The notes beneath the pieces are model-generated. The model did no database searches, had not been told where the DNA came from, and saw only the letters and a list, made by a program, of their open reading frames with translations. The position numbers were made by a program, and so were the translations under genes. A stretch of DNA of 63,583 nucleotides, counting the filler, from a bacterium (GTDB taxonomy: Bacteria; UBP15; UBA6099; JAJRTR01): NCBI GenBank assembly GCA_024278215.1. It is 5 parts of 5 records of this genome, joined end to end, with 100 filler letters (N's around TTAATTAATTAA, not from the genome) between each part and the next. Parts side by side here need not be neighbours in the genome. Positions count along the whole stretch, not along the records: positions 1 to 16,820 come from JAJRTR010000127.1; positions 16,921 to 31,076 come from JAJRTR010000128.1; 3 more parts are not named here. One strand, written 5' to 3'. Shown here one piece after another: positions 11,234-22,833 of this stretch. Position 1 is the first letter of the stretch. Each line of letters opens with the position of its first letter.

Positions 11234-12349
11234 ATGAACCACTTAAAAACATTCCTCATTTTGCCGTTGATATTCGTGGTTGTGCTTATAGTTGATTCGC
11301 ACGCGCTCGAGATGGATTCTTCGATAATTGATGTGTCCGGCGACAAAGTGATGTTCTATTCGCAACCGAATGGACAGTTGTACGAAGGCAACTTTCTCAG
11401 GGTATACGTATACGGCAGCCCGGTCGCCTCTGTCAGGATAACGAAGATAAACGGCTACTACACAACGGCGATAATCATAGCCGGTAATTTGAAAAAATAC
11501 GAAGGCCGCCGCGTGTCGCTGAAAAGGATCGACGCCGCGGAAGCCCCGGTCGGAATCGCCGGGCGGGCCGATGTCCCCGGCATCAAGAAAACAAGGCCGA
11601 AACTCCAGTTGCCGGTTTCGGAAGAATCCGAAAAACCTGTAAAAAAGGAATCGAAAAAAAGCGCAAAGAAAAAACGAGAAAAAACAACAACAACAAGGAC
11701 GGGAGACAGGCAGGGAAGATCGAGTGCGCCGCGTGGGCGGAAAAGCCCCGCCGCAGACGAAACCGCATTATATGCCGAAACACATACCGGAGAAAACAAC
11801 GGCGACATCAGAAAAAAGTATCCCGTTTTTGATCCCGGCTACAACAACATAAGAGTAAAAGCTGGATCATTCAGGCCGGGCGAACCGGACATGCAGGATT
11901 CATTCACCGCAGGGCTCGAAGTGGTATTTCCTTTAAGCGGCGACCGCGCGATAGCTGCCGAGTATACATACACCGACCCGACTTCATGCACAAGCAGTTC
12001 ACCCGGAGCGACCACCCACAGTTGCATATTCAGAAACAGCTTTGCCGCGTTGAGCCTGATCCGGGCCGACCAGAAGGGCCGCCATAGCTGGTACTACGGT
12101 ATCGGCGGCGCGTATTTCATCCAGAGAGTAGACATCAGTGTTACAATGGCGGACACGTCATATTATGAGATAATAAGCAAGATACATGAACCCGCTTTGC
12201 TGCTTACACTCGGCTATGGAAATGAAAACGGATATTTTATTGAAGGCCGCTACGCGCTGACCGATGGCGCGGCCTGGGACCCATCGACGGGAAAAGAAGC
12301 CGAGACTGGCGGGTTTCTCCTCCAGGCAGGCTACAGATTGCACAAGTGA
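11234..12349 (+). CDS. Outer-membrane protein: small N-terminal beta domain, Lys-rich linker, C-terminal beta-barrel
   Basis: Signal peptide; KKESKKSAKKKREK linker; alternating aromatic strands (WYYGIGGAYF, GYFIEGRY) ending GGFLLQAGYRLHK. Confidence 0.6.
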   Translation: MNHLKTFLILPLIFVVVLIVDSHALEMDSSIIDVSGDKVMFYSQPNGQLYEGNFLRVYVYGSPVASVRITKINGYYTTAIIIAGNLKKYEGRRVSLKRIDAAEAPVGIAGRADVPGIKKTRPKLQLPVSEESEKPVKKESKKSAKKKREKTTTTRTGDRQGRSSAPRGRKSPAADETALYAETHTGENNGDIRKKYPVFDPGYNNIRVKAGSFRPGEPDMQDSFTAGLEVVFPLSGDRAIAAEYTYTDPTSCTSSSPGATTHSCIFRNSFAALSLIRADQKGRHSWYYGIGGAYFIQRVDISVTMADTSYYEIISKIHEPALLLTLGYGNENGYFIEGRYALTDGAAWDPSTGKEAETGGFLLQAGYRLHK

Positions 12350-12452
12350 TGCTCCGCAATAACAAAACGAACCCGGTATAATGATAAAAAGTGTAGTATT
12401 CAAGCGATATTTTGGCATTCATGAAATTTACTGCAAAATTATTAAAGATAAG

Positions 12453-12481
12453 TTGACAATATTGCGCTAATGTATTATAAT
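12453..12481 (+). promoter_or_regulatory. Sigma70-type promoter of dnaK operon
   Basis: TTGACA (12453-12458), 17-bp spacer, TATAAT (12476-12481): perfect consensus. Confidence 0.85.
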
Positions 12482-12522
12482 CTTCTGTGGAAGCAAGGAA
12501 ATTATTGGGCTGTTAACATTAA

Positions 12523-14406
<1,884 letters not shown>

Positions 14407-14418
14407 TATCGTCTTCGA

Positions 14419-14443
14419 GGGGGTCCGGCTGTTTTCCGGACCT
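14419..14443 (+). terminator. Stem-loop after dnaK
   Basis: ggtccgg-ctgtttt-ccggacc hairpin; weak U-tract. Confidence 0.4.
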
Positions 14444-14462
14444 GTGTGTTATCGACAATCCG

Positions 14463-14554
14463 CGTGAATTTCTCGGGGACACGACCTGGATTCACTTTAA
14501 CCCGCATATTTCACTAATGCGGGTTAATCCCGGAACGTGTCCCCGAAATTTACG
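14463..14554. repeat. Nested palindrome: GGGGACACG-type REP arms enclosing family A copy 3 (14498-14526)
   Basis: cgtgaatttctcggggacacg...cgtgtccccgaaatttacg inverted arms around taacccgcatatttcactaatgcgggtta. Confidence 0.8.
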
Positions 14555-14641
14555 CAGGTTCAGCCTGTTGCACAATGTATAATTACTTTTTATAAATGAC
14601 GGTGCGTCGCCACCCGACGGGGACGCGCCGGGAGGATTATT

Positions 14642-15484
14642 ATGTCAAGGATGATACCCATCGAGTCTGAGGACGACAGAACCGCAAGCGCGGAAAACGC
14701 AGCCCATACCGATTGCAGGGACAGCGGCGCGGGTGAGAAAGATAAGCTTGATAACGGGAAAGCAAATACAGACGGCGGCGCCACGGTCGAAACCGAAAAC
14801 AGCAATCCGGACGCGAATGCCGCCGCGACCGACAGGAACGAAAGACAGGATAAATCGCAAACTCCAAAAACCGCGGAAACGCACGCGGCGGAAGGAGGCG
14901 GGGACAACATGAATCGCTATGATAGAGAAAACAGCGGAGACGGAAAGTTTGAAGAATCTGCAAATTCCGATTCTCCTGTAGATATTGAAAAGCTTAAACA
15001 TGAGTTGGAAGAAAAAGACACCGCCCTCCGGGAAGCGGAAAAGCAGAAAAACGAATATATCGAACACCTTCAGAGAATGAAGGCGGAATTTGAAAACTTC
15101 AAGAAACGAACCATGAAGGAAAAGTCGGACACAATATGTTTCGCTAATGAAAAACTGCTTGGCAGGCTTCTGCCTGTGGTCGACAACCTCCGCCGTGGCT
15201 GCGAGGCGGCTGCCGAACATGTGAAGGACGAGCGTGGAAAGAGCATCCTCAAGGGTATCGAGATGGTCGAAAAACAGCTTGTCGAGCTGCTCGATGAATT
15301 CGGGGCGAAACCATTCGACAGCCTTGGAGAGGTGTTCGATTCGAATATTCATGAAGCTCTTTACACGGTACCTCGAGACGACGTCGAGGACAATACGGTG
15401 GTCGAGGAAATCGAGAAGGGATACATGCTGAATGAAAAGTTGTTGAGACCCGCGAAAGTTGCTGTGTCCAGGGCGACCGAATGA
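14642..15484 (+). CDS. grpE: Nucleotide exchange factor GrpE with long acidic N-terminal extension
   Basis: LQRMKAEFENFKKR, LLPVVDNL, FDSNIHEA, KGYMLNEKLLRPAKVAV; GGAGG RBS before 14642. Confidence 0.95.
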   Translation: MSRMIPIESEDDRTASAENAAHTDCRDSGAGEKDKLDNGKANTDGGATVETENSNPDANAAATDRNERQDKSQTPKTAETHAAEGGGDNMNRYDRENSGDGKFEESANSDSPVDIEKLKHELEEKDTALREAEKQKNEYIEHLQRMKAEFENFKKRTMKEKSDTICFANEKLLGRLLPVVDNLRRGCEAAAEHVKDERGKSILKGIEMVEKQLVELLDEFGAKPFDSLGEVFDSNIHEALYTVPRDDVEDNTVVEEIEKGYMLNEKLLRPAKVAVSRATE

Positions 15485-15563
15485 GTTTAAACAATGACGA
15501 AGCGCGCGGCGGTCCGGATATTCCGTGTCCGGATATTCTGCGCAATAAATGGGGATGACGGAT

Positions 15564-16700
15564 ATGGCTGATTATTACAAAACACTTGGGGTGGATAGAA
15601 AAGCGAGTGCGGCCGACATAAAAAAGGCCTACAGGAAACTTGCGCGAAAATATCATCCGGATGTAAACCCCGACGATCCTTCCGCCGAACGTAAATTCAA
15701 GGATATTTCAGAAGCATATCAGGTTCTGTCGGATACCGGGAAAAGGCAGAAGTACGACCAGTTCGGTGATGCGGCATTCAGCGGCGGCGGCGGCGGACAG
15801 CAGGCAGGCGGTTTCAACGGCTCGTTTGACTTTTCAGACATATTCGGAGGCGGTCGTAGCGGGGCAGGCGGACAGTTCGCCGACATTTTCGACATGTTCG
15901 GCGGCGGACACGCCGGGCGCAGAAGCGCGGCCCGAAGACCGAGAACGATGAAGGGTGAAGACCTTCATTTTACAATGCGCATCTCGTTTATGGACGCATT
16001 CAAGGGAGTGAAGAAAGAAATATCATTCGACGGTTTCGACAAATGCGGCAAGTGCGGTGGCACAGGTGTCGAACCCGGCTCGAAGCCGACGAAATGTCCG
16101 CAGTGCGGCGGCTCCGGCCAGTTGAGAGCGGGCCGTGGAATATTCAATATAAGCCAGACATGCCACGTGTGCGGCGGCACAGGACGCCAGACGGGCCCGC
16201 CATGCGGCAAATGCGCGGGCCGGGGTGCCTTGCCTGCGGTGAAGCGGCTGAATGTGAAAATTCCGGCAGGCGTGGACAACGGATCGAAAATACGCATTCC
16301 CGGTAAAGGGCATCCAGGGCACAACGGAGGACCGTCCGGCGACCTCTACATCATCACAAGCGTTTCCTCCCATCCGCTTTTCGAGCGCAAAGGTACGAAT
16401 CTCTATGTCGAGGTTCCGATCACCATTGTCGAGGCCGCACTCGGCACAAGACTCGAAGTGCCCACACCTGAAGGTAAATCATCCATATCTATTCCGGAAG
16501 GCACCGACTCGGGTAAAAAGTTCAGGCTTCGCGGCAAAGGGTTTCCGTCCCTGAATTCGCCAAGAGCCAGGGGCGATCTCTATGTCACTGTGAAAACCGT
16601 CACACCCAAAAATCTCGACGATGCGAAAAAGCGGATGCTCAGAGACTTCGCGGCTGCACACCCTGAAGACCCGCGCGCATATCTGCGGGGCGTGGTGTAG
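15564..16700 (+). CDS. dnaJ: Chaperone DnaJ
   Basis: [11 protein letters not shown] motif, G/F-rich region, four CxxCxGxG repeats; alternative start 15549. Confidence 0.97.
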   Translation: MADYYKTLGVDRKASAADIKKAYRKLARKYHPDVNPDDPSAERKFKDISEAYQVLSDTGKRQKYDQFGDAAFSGGGGGQQAGGFNGSFDFSDIFGGGRSGAGGQFADIFDMFGGGHAGRRSAARRPRTMKGEDLHFTMRISFMDAFKGVKKEISFDGFDKCGKCGGTGVEPGSKPTKCPQCGGSGQLRAGRGIFNISQTCHVCGGTGRQTGPPCGKCAGRGALPAVKRLNVKIPAGVDNGSKIRIPGKGHPGHNGGPSGDLYIITSVSSHPLFERKGTNLYVEVPITIVEAALGTRLEVPTPEGKSSISIPEGTDSGKKFRLRGKGFPSLNSPRARGDLYVTVKTVTPKNLDDAKKRMLRDFAAAHPEDPRAYLRGVV

Positions 16701-16820
16701 AGTTGTGTCGGCACGGAAATGATGCGGAGAAAGATAACACAATTCGACGAAACCGGAAGCGCGGCTTCCATCATTTGAAATCAACCGGCAATGCGCACGG
16801 CATCGAGGCGGTGAATTAAA

Positions 16821-16920
16821 NNNNNNNNNNNNNNNNNNNNNNNNNNNNNNNNNNNNNNNNNNNNTTAATTAATTAANNNNNNNNNNNNNNNNNNNNNNNN
16901 NNNNNNNNNNNNNNNNNNNN
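16821..16920. other. Artificial contig spacer
   Basis: N44-TTAATTAATTAA-N44 (stops in all six frames). Confidence 0.97.
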
Positions 16921-17992
16921 GGAACCGGACCGCCTTCATCGACGCGATAGGGATAAGATTCGATACGGGCAGCAGCGCGATGAAAAACCAGCCGATTGCA
17001 AATGTCGCAACAGGCGCGACGCGCCGCAGAGCGACAGCCGCGACGAGCATCGCCGCAAGACCCGCCGCCGACCACAGAACAACCGGCGCCATAACCGAAT
17101 GAAATATCTCCGGCACGTACACCGGGCACATGTTCTGCGCCGTCGCCAGCATCCTCGCATAGTCCGCGAACACCGGTATCATTGAAATGAGAGTGGCCGC
17201 CCGCGAACCGCCGTGGTAATGGTGGAACTGTCCGGTGATGTCCACGTATGAAGTTCTGAAAACAAGATATGTTACGGCGATGAGCGCGAAAGGAAGTGCG
17301 CCGCGCAGGGCGCGACCGGCGGTTCTCGCGAGGCCGGTATCCTTGCCGGGGAAAATAAATTCGTAAATAAATACGATACATGGCACGATAATCGCCGACT
17401 CTTTGGACAGAAGAGCGAGCGCGAAAGCGGCCCACGACAAGCCTGCGAACTTCATGTCTGTTTTCGTATGGAGCGCGGGGCCGGGCCGGTCGAAGCCGCG
17501 GCTTCCGCTGTCGTCGCGCCGCCGCGCGGCGGAGATATAGAGTGCGACCGACGTGAAGACAAGCGGCGCGGCGAGCAGGTTTGCGCGACCGCCGGTGATC
17601 CACGGCACGACCTCCGCGTGCACGGGATGCACCGCGTACAGCAGCGCCGCACAGAACGCCCATAACGTGTTGCCGAGCAGGCAGCGCGCCATAAAAAACA
17701 TCGCCGCGCACGCCGCCGTGAACAGCATCACGTTTGTAAAGTGATACCCGAACGGGACCGGCATATATGTGTTGTCCGCAAGGAGCGAAACGGACCGCAG
17801 CGGCCTGTAGAGCCGGTCCACCGGGTGCCTGAAGGCATCGAGCCAGTTCGACGCGCCGGTTATTTCAGAAACATTGTATATAATGTCGTGGTCGTCCCAC
17901 ACAAGGGTGTATTTGAATGTTGGATAGTATAGAAGAACGGCTGTCCCTATAACCACCGCCAGCATGACCACTGTGAGGTATCTGTCTTTCAT
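16921..17992 (-). CDS. TMTC-like GT-C membrane glycosyltransferase (3'-truncated by gap)
   Basis: LVWDDHDII, YRPLR, HPVHAEVV, SKES, LLPVSNL motifs; many TM helices. Confidence 0.8.
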
Positions 17993-18699
17993 CCCGATGC
18001 AATCGACTTCTTTATCCGGAGCATTCTCAAAAATGTGCGTTTTATATCTCCGGCTTCTATCTTTGATTTCCCGGCGCGTCGCGGGTAATGAGTCACCGGC
18101 ACCTGCCGGATGCTGAAACCTTTCGCGCGGGCGCGTCCCAGCATTTCGGCGTTTATCAGGTAGTCGTCCGACTCAAGCGTCAGCGCGTCCAGCACGCTTC
18201 GTTTCATCAGCTTGAACGCGCAGTCGACATCGCGCACTTTCAGCCCGAACAGCAAGCGCACAAGCAGGTTGAACCCCTTCGCGAGGAACAATCTTATCCA
18301 CGAGTCCGCCCTGTTTTTGCGGTATCCGATCACGAAATCAAACTTATGCGCATGAGGCAGTAGAAGCGCCAGTTCGCCGGGGTCGAACTGGTTGTCGCTG
18401 TCAGTGAAAAACACATATTCAAGCTCTGCGGCGGCGAAACCCGAACGCAGCGCCGCGCCGTATCCCATGTTACGCTCGTGACGAATCATTTTAAGGCACT
18501 TCATGTTATCTTTCATGTTGTCGAGCACAGCCTGCGTCCCGTCCGTGCTGCCGTCGTCGACAACTATTATCTCGAATTCCGCGGCATATTTTCTCAGCGC
18601 ATTGTAGGCGCGGCAAACGGCAAGTTCTATATTTTCCTCCTCGTCGAGGGCGGGCATAATATATGAGATGCCGGGCAATTTATACACAGTTTCGCTCAA
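17989..18699 (-). CDS. GT2 glycosyltransferase, polyprenol-phosphate sugar synthase (Dpm1/Ppm1-like)
   Basis: IMPALDEEENI, VVDDGSTDGT, GYGAALRSG, FFTDSDNQF, DVDCAFKL. Confidence 0.88.
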   Translation of the reverse strand: MSETVYKLPGISYIMPALDEEENIELAVCRAYNALRKYAAEFEIIVVDDGSTDGTQAVLDNMKDNMKCLKMIRHERNMGYGAALRSGFAAAELEYVFFTDSDNQFDPGELALLLPHAHKFDFVIGYRKNRADSWIRLFLAKGFNLLVRLLFGLKVRDVDCAFKLMKRSVLDALTLESDDYLINAEMLGRARAKGFSIRQVPVTHYPRRAGKSKIEAGDIKRTFLRMLRIKKSIASG

Positions 18700-20690
18700 G
18701 GGTTGCCACCTTCCTTGATCCTGTCGACAATGTTTTTATATTCGGGCCGGATCGCCGCTGCTTTCCCGAACGCTTCGAGCGCGGCGCGCCGTTCGCCACG
18801 CCGGTGATATATCTCGCCCGCAACTGCGTGCAATCCCGCGATTCGGTCATTAACTTCAATGCCTCGCAGTGCGGTTTCGAGTGCCTTGCTGTCGAGTCCT
18901 TCGACATAATAGATGTATGCGAGCGCGCGCAACGCAGTGAGATTATCCGGGCTGAGCGACAGGCTGCGCTCGAGTTCGCCGCGCACAATTACCTTTTCAC
19001 GCTGTGGCGTCTTCTTCCAGGCGTAAGCCCTGTCGAGCGCGGTGTGCGAGTCGGTCATCGTGTAGATATTGTCGGCGATAAGCGCGTGTTGCGCCGGGGT
19101 GTCTTTCGCGTAAATCTGCACCACAGTATCCCAGTATACAAGGAACCACGGACCTTTGCCCCTGATGATCGCCTGCCCTGTGGCGGGCCTGTCGGATCGA
19201 ATAACCGCGAATGTCAGGCCATATTCAGACTGCATCTTATTCCACTCTTCGGGCGTCGGCGCCTGTTCGAATGCGATTACCCGGCTGTACAATTCAGGTC
19301 CGTACACCGGAACGCGACCGTCGATGAAGACTTTGTGTTCGGGGTACAGGCCAAAGATCAGCGGTCCGCCAAGTCCGAATGTGTTATACATATTGCCTTC
19401 AAATCTGTTGTTCTTAATAAACTCTATCGCGGATTCCGGGTAAAAACTTTCGTTGATTCCCGTGCCCCATACGAATTTATGATCTTTGTAAGACAGGAAG
19501 TACCCGGCTGAAGTGAATGTGAAAATGATCAGGCCGGCGGCTAATGCACGGAATGTTTTATTACACAACAGACCGCCCGCCGCCGCGCTGAGATGAACCG
19601 CGACAATCGGCGCGGCGAACATCGCGAACATTGCAATAAAACGACGCGACCTGAGCGACATATACGCCGTCAGGCAGAATAACAATAAATGAAAGATATT
19701 AAGCCGCCTGCGGCCCGCAGTAAATGAGACAATGCCCGCCGCCAGGAAGAACGGCACGGCGAAGCGACCCGCCGCGCCCGCGCCTGTCGTAAAATATTCG
19801 CGCCACGGCACCGGTGCCCACTCCGCTATGTGTTTCAGGAAAACGATGTTGCCCGAAAACTCCAGAGGCGCGACCAGGCCGTGTGTTCCATAAGGATTCA
19901 GCAGTATCGCAAACAGCACAGCGACGAGTATATAGCCGAGACGCCGCATATTGCCCGATGTCAACTCCGGCTGAAGTGTCGAACCTGTTTTCGTGTTTAT
20001 AACAACGGCCGCCGCCGCTGCGACAACGGCGAAAAACACCAGTACGATTCCCAGCGGCGCGCCGGGGTGAAAATTGACCCACAGCGCCTGCATGACGGGG
20101 ATCATTATCATTACAATGACAATCCGGCGTTGCTCCGGGTCACCGGCCGGCGCGTCCGAATCGCCGGCAACTTTGTGGACTGCACTGCTCTTTGCAGTTG
20201 TGATACGTGTAATCAGGTAGAAGAAAGCGGACGCGAACAGGAGCGAGAAGAGTTCCGGACGCGGCGTCAGACGTATACGCGAGGCAAACGCCGCAACCGC
20301 AAGCAGGGGCGCGAGCAGCAACGGGTCGCCGCCCGCGCGGCTGCCCGCAAAGAAAAGAACACAAAAAATGAGCACGGAAATAGCACTGACTAATATTTGC
20401 AGACCCTTCACTCCATATTTGTTGTAAACGGCGTACAGATAGTAGTCGCCCATCCATTCGTCATTTACCCATTTCGCGCCTTCGCGGGTGTGCGAAAAAG
20501 GATCGGTCTGCGGCAACTGCCTCGACTCTGGCTCCTGCTGCGCCGTCGCAGCTATGATTTCTCCAGACTTGATATGCCACCATGTGTCAGTTTCCCATAC
20601 TTTTACATAAGTTATGAATGCGACAAGCGCAAGCAGGCAGTACAAAGCGATCCTGCCCGGGTTGTCTTCTTTGGTTTTGTTCATAAACAT
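18696..20690 (-). CDS. Polytopic membrane protein, probable GT-C, with C-terminal TPR
   Basis: DTWWHIKSGE, DPFS, RPELFS, LWVNFHPG, IAEW, VFIDGR motifs; TPR tail. Confidence 0.7.
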   Translation of the reverse strand: MFMNKTKEDNPGRIALYCLLALVAFITYVKVWETDTWWHIKSGEIIAATAQQEPESRQLPQTDPFSHTREGAKWVNDEWMGDYYLYAVYNKYGVKGLQILVSAISVLIFCVLFFAGSRAGGDPLLLAPLLAVAAFASRIRLTPRPELFSLLFASAFFYLITRITTAKSSAVHKVAGDSDAPAGDPEQRRIVIVMIMIPVMQALWVNFHPGAPLGIVLVFFAVVAAAAAVVINTKTGSTLQPELTSGNMRRLGYILVAVLFAILLNPYGTHGLVAPLEFSGNIVFLKHIAEWAPVPWREYFTTGAGAAGRFAVPFFLAAGIVSFTAGRRRLNIFHLLLFCLTAYMSLRSRRFIAMFAMFAAPIVAVHLSAAAGGLLCNKTFRALAAGLIIFTFTSAGYFLSYKDHKFVWGTGINESFYPESAIEFIKNNRFEGNMYNTFGLGGPLIFGLYPEHKVFIDGRVPVYGPELYSRVIAFEQAPTPEEWNKMQSEYGLTFAVIRSDRPATGQAIIRGKGPWFLVYWDTVVQIYAKDTPAQHALIADNIYTMTDSHTALDRAYAWKKTPQREKVIVRGELERSLSLSPDNLTALRALAYIYYVEGLDSKALETALRGIEVNDRIAGLHAVAGEIYHRRGERRAALEAFGKAAAIRPEYKNIVDRIKEGGNP

Positions 20691-20771
20691 ACCGCGATAC
20701 CAATTGCGAAAACAATTCTCACCGATACCGAACTGCGATTACGAAAAACCGGTAAGTCCGGATATTTTATA

Positions 20772-22727
20772 TCAATTTGCGCCGGAAATCTTTTTTCGCG
20801 CCTGCTCGACGATATCGTCACCGGGGTCGAACGCCGCAGCCCTGCCGATATAGGTGGCCGCATCTTCTGTGTTTCCGTATCTCAGTTCGATCATCGCCAT
20901 AAATGCGAAGGCGCGGGCGACAAGTGTTGTTTTTCCCATCTTTTCGATTTGTGTAAAGACAGCGAAGTGTGTGAACGCTTCCTCGTATTCGGCTTTATTG
21001 TACAGCAGCACAGCAAGGTTGTAGTGCGCCTCGGCGATTGTCGGGTCAGACTCGACAGCCTTTCTGAAATACTCGATGGCTATGTCTTTGCGCCCTGCCA
21101 TGTTCGCCATTTTTCCGAGGTTGAAGTTCGCCGGGGCGTGCGAGGGATCGATAGTGAGGGCCTCGCTATATTCATTCAACGCGAGCAAAGGCCTATCCAG
21201 GTTCATATAGGTTATCCCAAGTGAATAATGCTTATGGGCGGGAGATTTCGAAGCGAAGGCGAGGGCGGCAAAGTAGTTCATGAGCAGAATCCCGGCCATG
21301 GCTGTTACCGTACCGACCGCGAACGCGAATGAGATGCGGTTGTTTTCTTCCCGCAAATAATAAGCGCAAACCAGGAAAAGTGAAAAGACGGTGAAGAGAT
21401 AGATATAAAGCGAGTACGCCGCCGGGATGGTATTAATAATGGCAGGCAGCCACGCAGCCCGCAAAACGCCGTTTGCAAACAGCTTGAGGCAGTATTCGGT
21501 GACAGGTGCGTCGATTATTTGAGGCACATGCGGGTTTGTCGCCGTAATGAGCAGAAACAGTGCCGAGGAGGCCGCGAACGCGCCCATGAAAAGTCCTCCT
21601 GTGAATCGGCCCGCGTTTCTAAGGCTGAACACGCAAAGAAAAACCATAAAGGGCAGCATGCCCACAAGGTGCCTCGGCCCGGCCGACATGCCGCCGCCGG
21701 GTATGGGAAGCGAAGCGTTAATGAGAATGTGAATGATGACGATCGCGCCGGCCGCGATAACCGGTTTCCGCCAGTGCGCGTCGCGCAGTCCGGCGAAAAA
21801 GCCGGGGACTGAAAACAGAAGGAACGGCGACAGGAAAAACAGGCCGCGACCGGGCTTCAGCAGAATGTCGTATAACGCGGAAAGATGCGGATATGTGATC
21901 CCGCCGAGCCCGCGGGCGTGGGCTTCGGCAAAAGGCGTGTAACTTTCGTGGAGGTAGCCGATTGTCAACCAACCGCCGAACGCCGCATGGTTGTACATGA
22001 AAAATACGGAGGCGGCGACCAGAACTCCGGGAACGAGCAGAAGCAGTGAAGATCGCTTTTCGATGATCGACGACGCGAGCAGAAGCAGAACGACAGCGTG
22101 AGCCGCGGTCGGGTAGTCGATGACAACCATATAAGCGGCGGTGAATCCGGAAATCAGCATTACGGAAGCCGAAGGCGGGTGTTCGCGGCAAAGAATATAA
22201 AAGAGGATAAAGGAAATTACCGCCGCCGGTACATGGCCGTAGAACAGCGTCGAGTACGGATACCACAGTGTCGCGAAAGCCAGCGCGAGCGTACATGCGA
22301 ATGAGACGGAGAGGCTTTTGCAGACGGAAAAAACAATAAGAAAGAATATGCTTGCGAGCACAGCCGCGGGAAGCGACACGAGGAACATCGTGCAAATATG
22401 ACGGAAGAGAATATTGTCGGGATCGACCTGTCCGAAAGACGAATAGGCCCACGCGACCGGGAGCGCGGCAAGCGACAGGCCCGGCGCTTTGTCCGTGTAA
22501 TAATGGCCGTCGACGTACGCCTTGTCAATCGTGTTAAGGTGCCATTTGTCGATATTCAGCGAATGTTCGGTGATCATCGACGCCGTGAGATCGAGTCTCG
22601 TGTTGACGTTGTCGGCGGGGATCGGTGTGAGGAAATATGAAAACGCGAAAAATGTAATAATGAACAGCAGCAGGGACAGCGTACGTGCTTTCGACTCATA
22701 ATTATGTTGTTGCAGATAAGTTTTCAT
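20772..22727 (-). CDS. Probable GT-C membrane glycosyltransferase (DKAPG type) with C-terminal TPRs
   Basis: NTRLDL, NTIDKAYVDGHYYTDKAPG, GPRHL; about 12 TM segments; TPRs. Confidence 0.7.
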   Translation of the reverse strand: MKTYLQQHNYESKARTLSLLLFIITFFAFSYFLTPIPADNVNTRLDLTASMITEHSLNIDKWHLNTIDKAYVDGHYYTDKAPGLSLAALPVAWAYSSFGQVDPDNILFRHICTMFLVSLPAAVLASIFFLIVFSVCKSLSVSFACTLALAFATLWYPYSTLFYGHVPAAVISFILFYILCREHPPSASVMLISGFTAAYMVVIDYPTAAHAVVLLLLASSIIEKRSSLLLLVPGVLVAASVFFMYNHAAFGGWLTIGYLHESYTPFAEAHARGLGGITYPHLSALYDILLKPGRGLFFLSPFLLFSVPGFFAGLRDAHWRKPVIAAGAIVIIHILINASLPIPGGGMSAGPRHLVGMLPFMVFLCVFSLRNAGRFTGGLFMGAFAASSALFLLITATNPHVPQIIDAPVTEYCLKLFANGVLRAAWLPAIINTIPAAYSLYIYLFTVFSLFLVCAYYLREENNRISFAFAVGTVTAMAGILLMNYFAALAFASKSPAHKHYSLGITYMNLDRPLLALNEYSEALTIDPSHAPANFNLGKMANMAGRKDIAIEYFRKAVESDPTIAEAHYNLAVLLYNKAEYEEAFTHFAVFTQIEKMGKTTLVARAFAFMAMIELRYGNTEDAATYIGRAAAFDPGDDIVEQARKKISGAN

Positions 22728-22833
22728 ATCACACGTTTATGAAAATGCGATTCAGAAAAAAACGCGGTAAGCGTCGAGCGGGTAGAAAAACAGAGTCGCG
22801 GAAACGATAAAAAACAGGAATGAATATCCGCGA

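Noticed and set aside
16865-16876. TTAATTAATTAA palindrome repeated four times in the window
   Set aside because: Centred in identical N-runs; an artificial six-frame stop linker, not biology. ORF ends reading ...XXLIN are artefacts.
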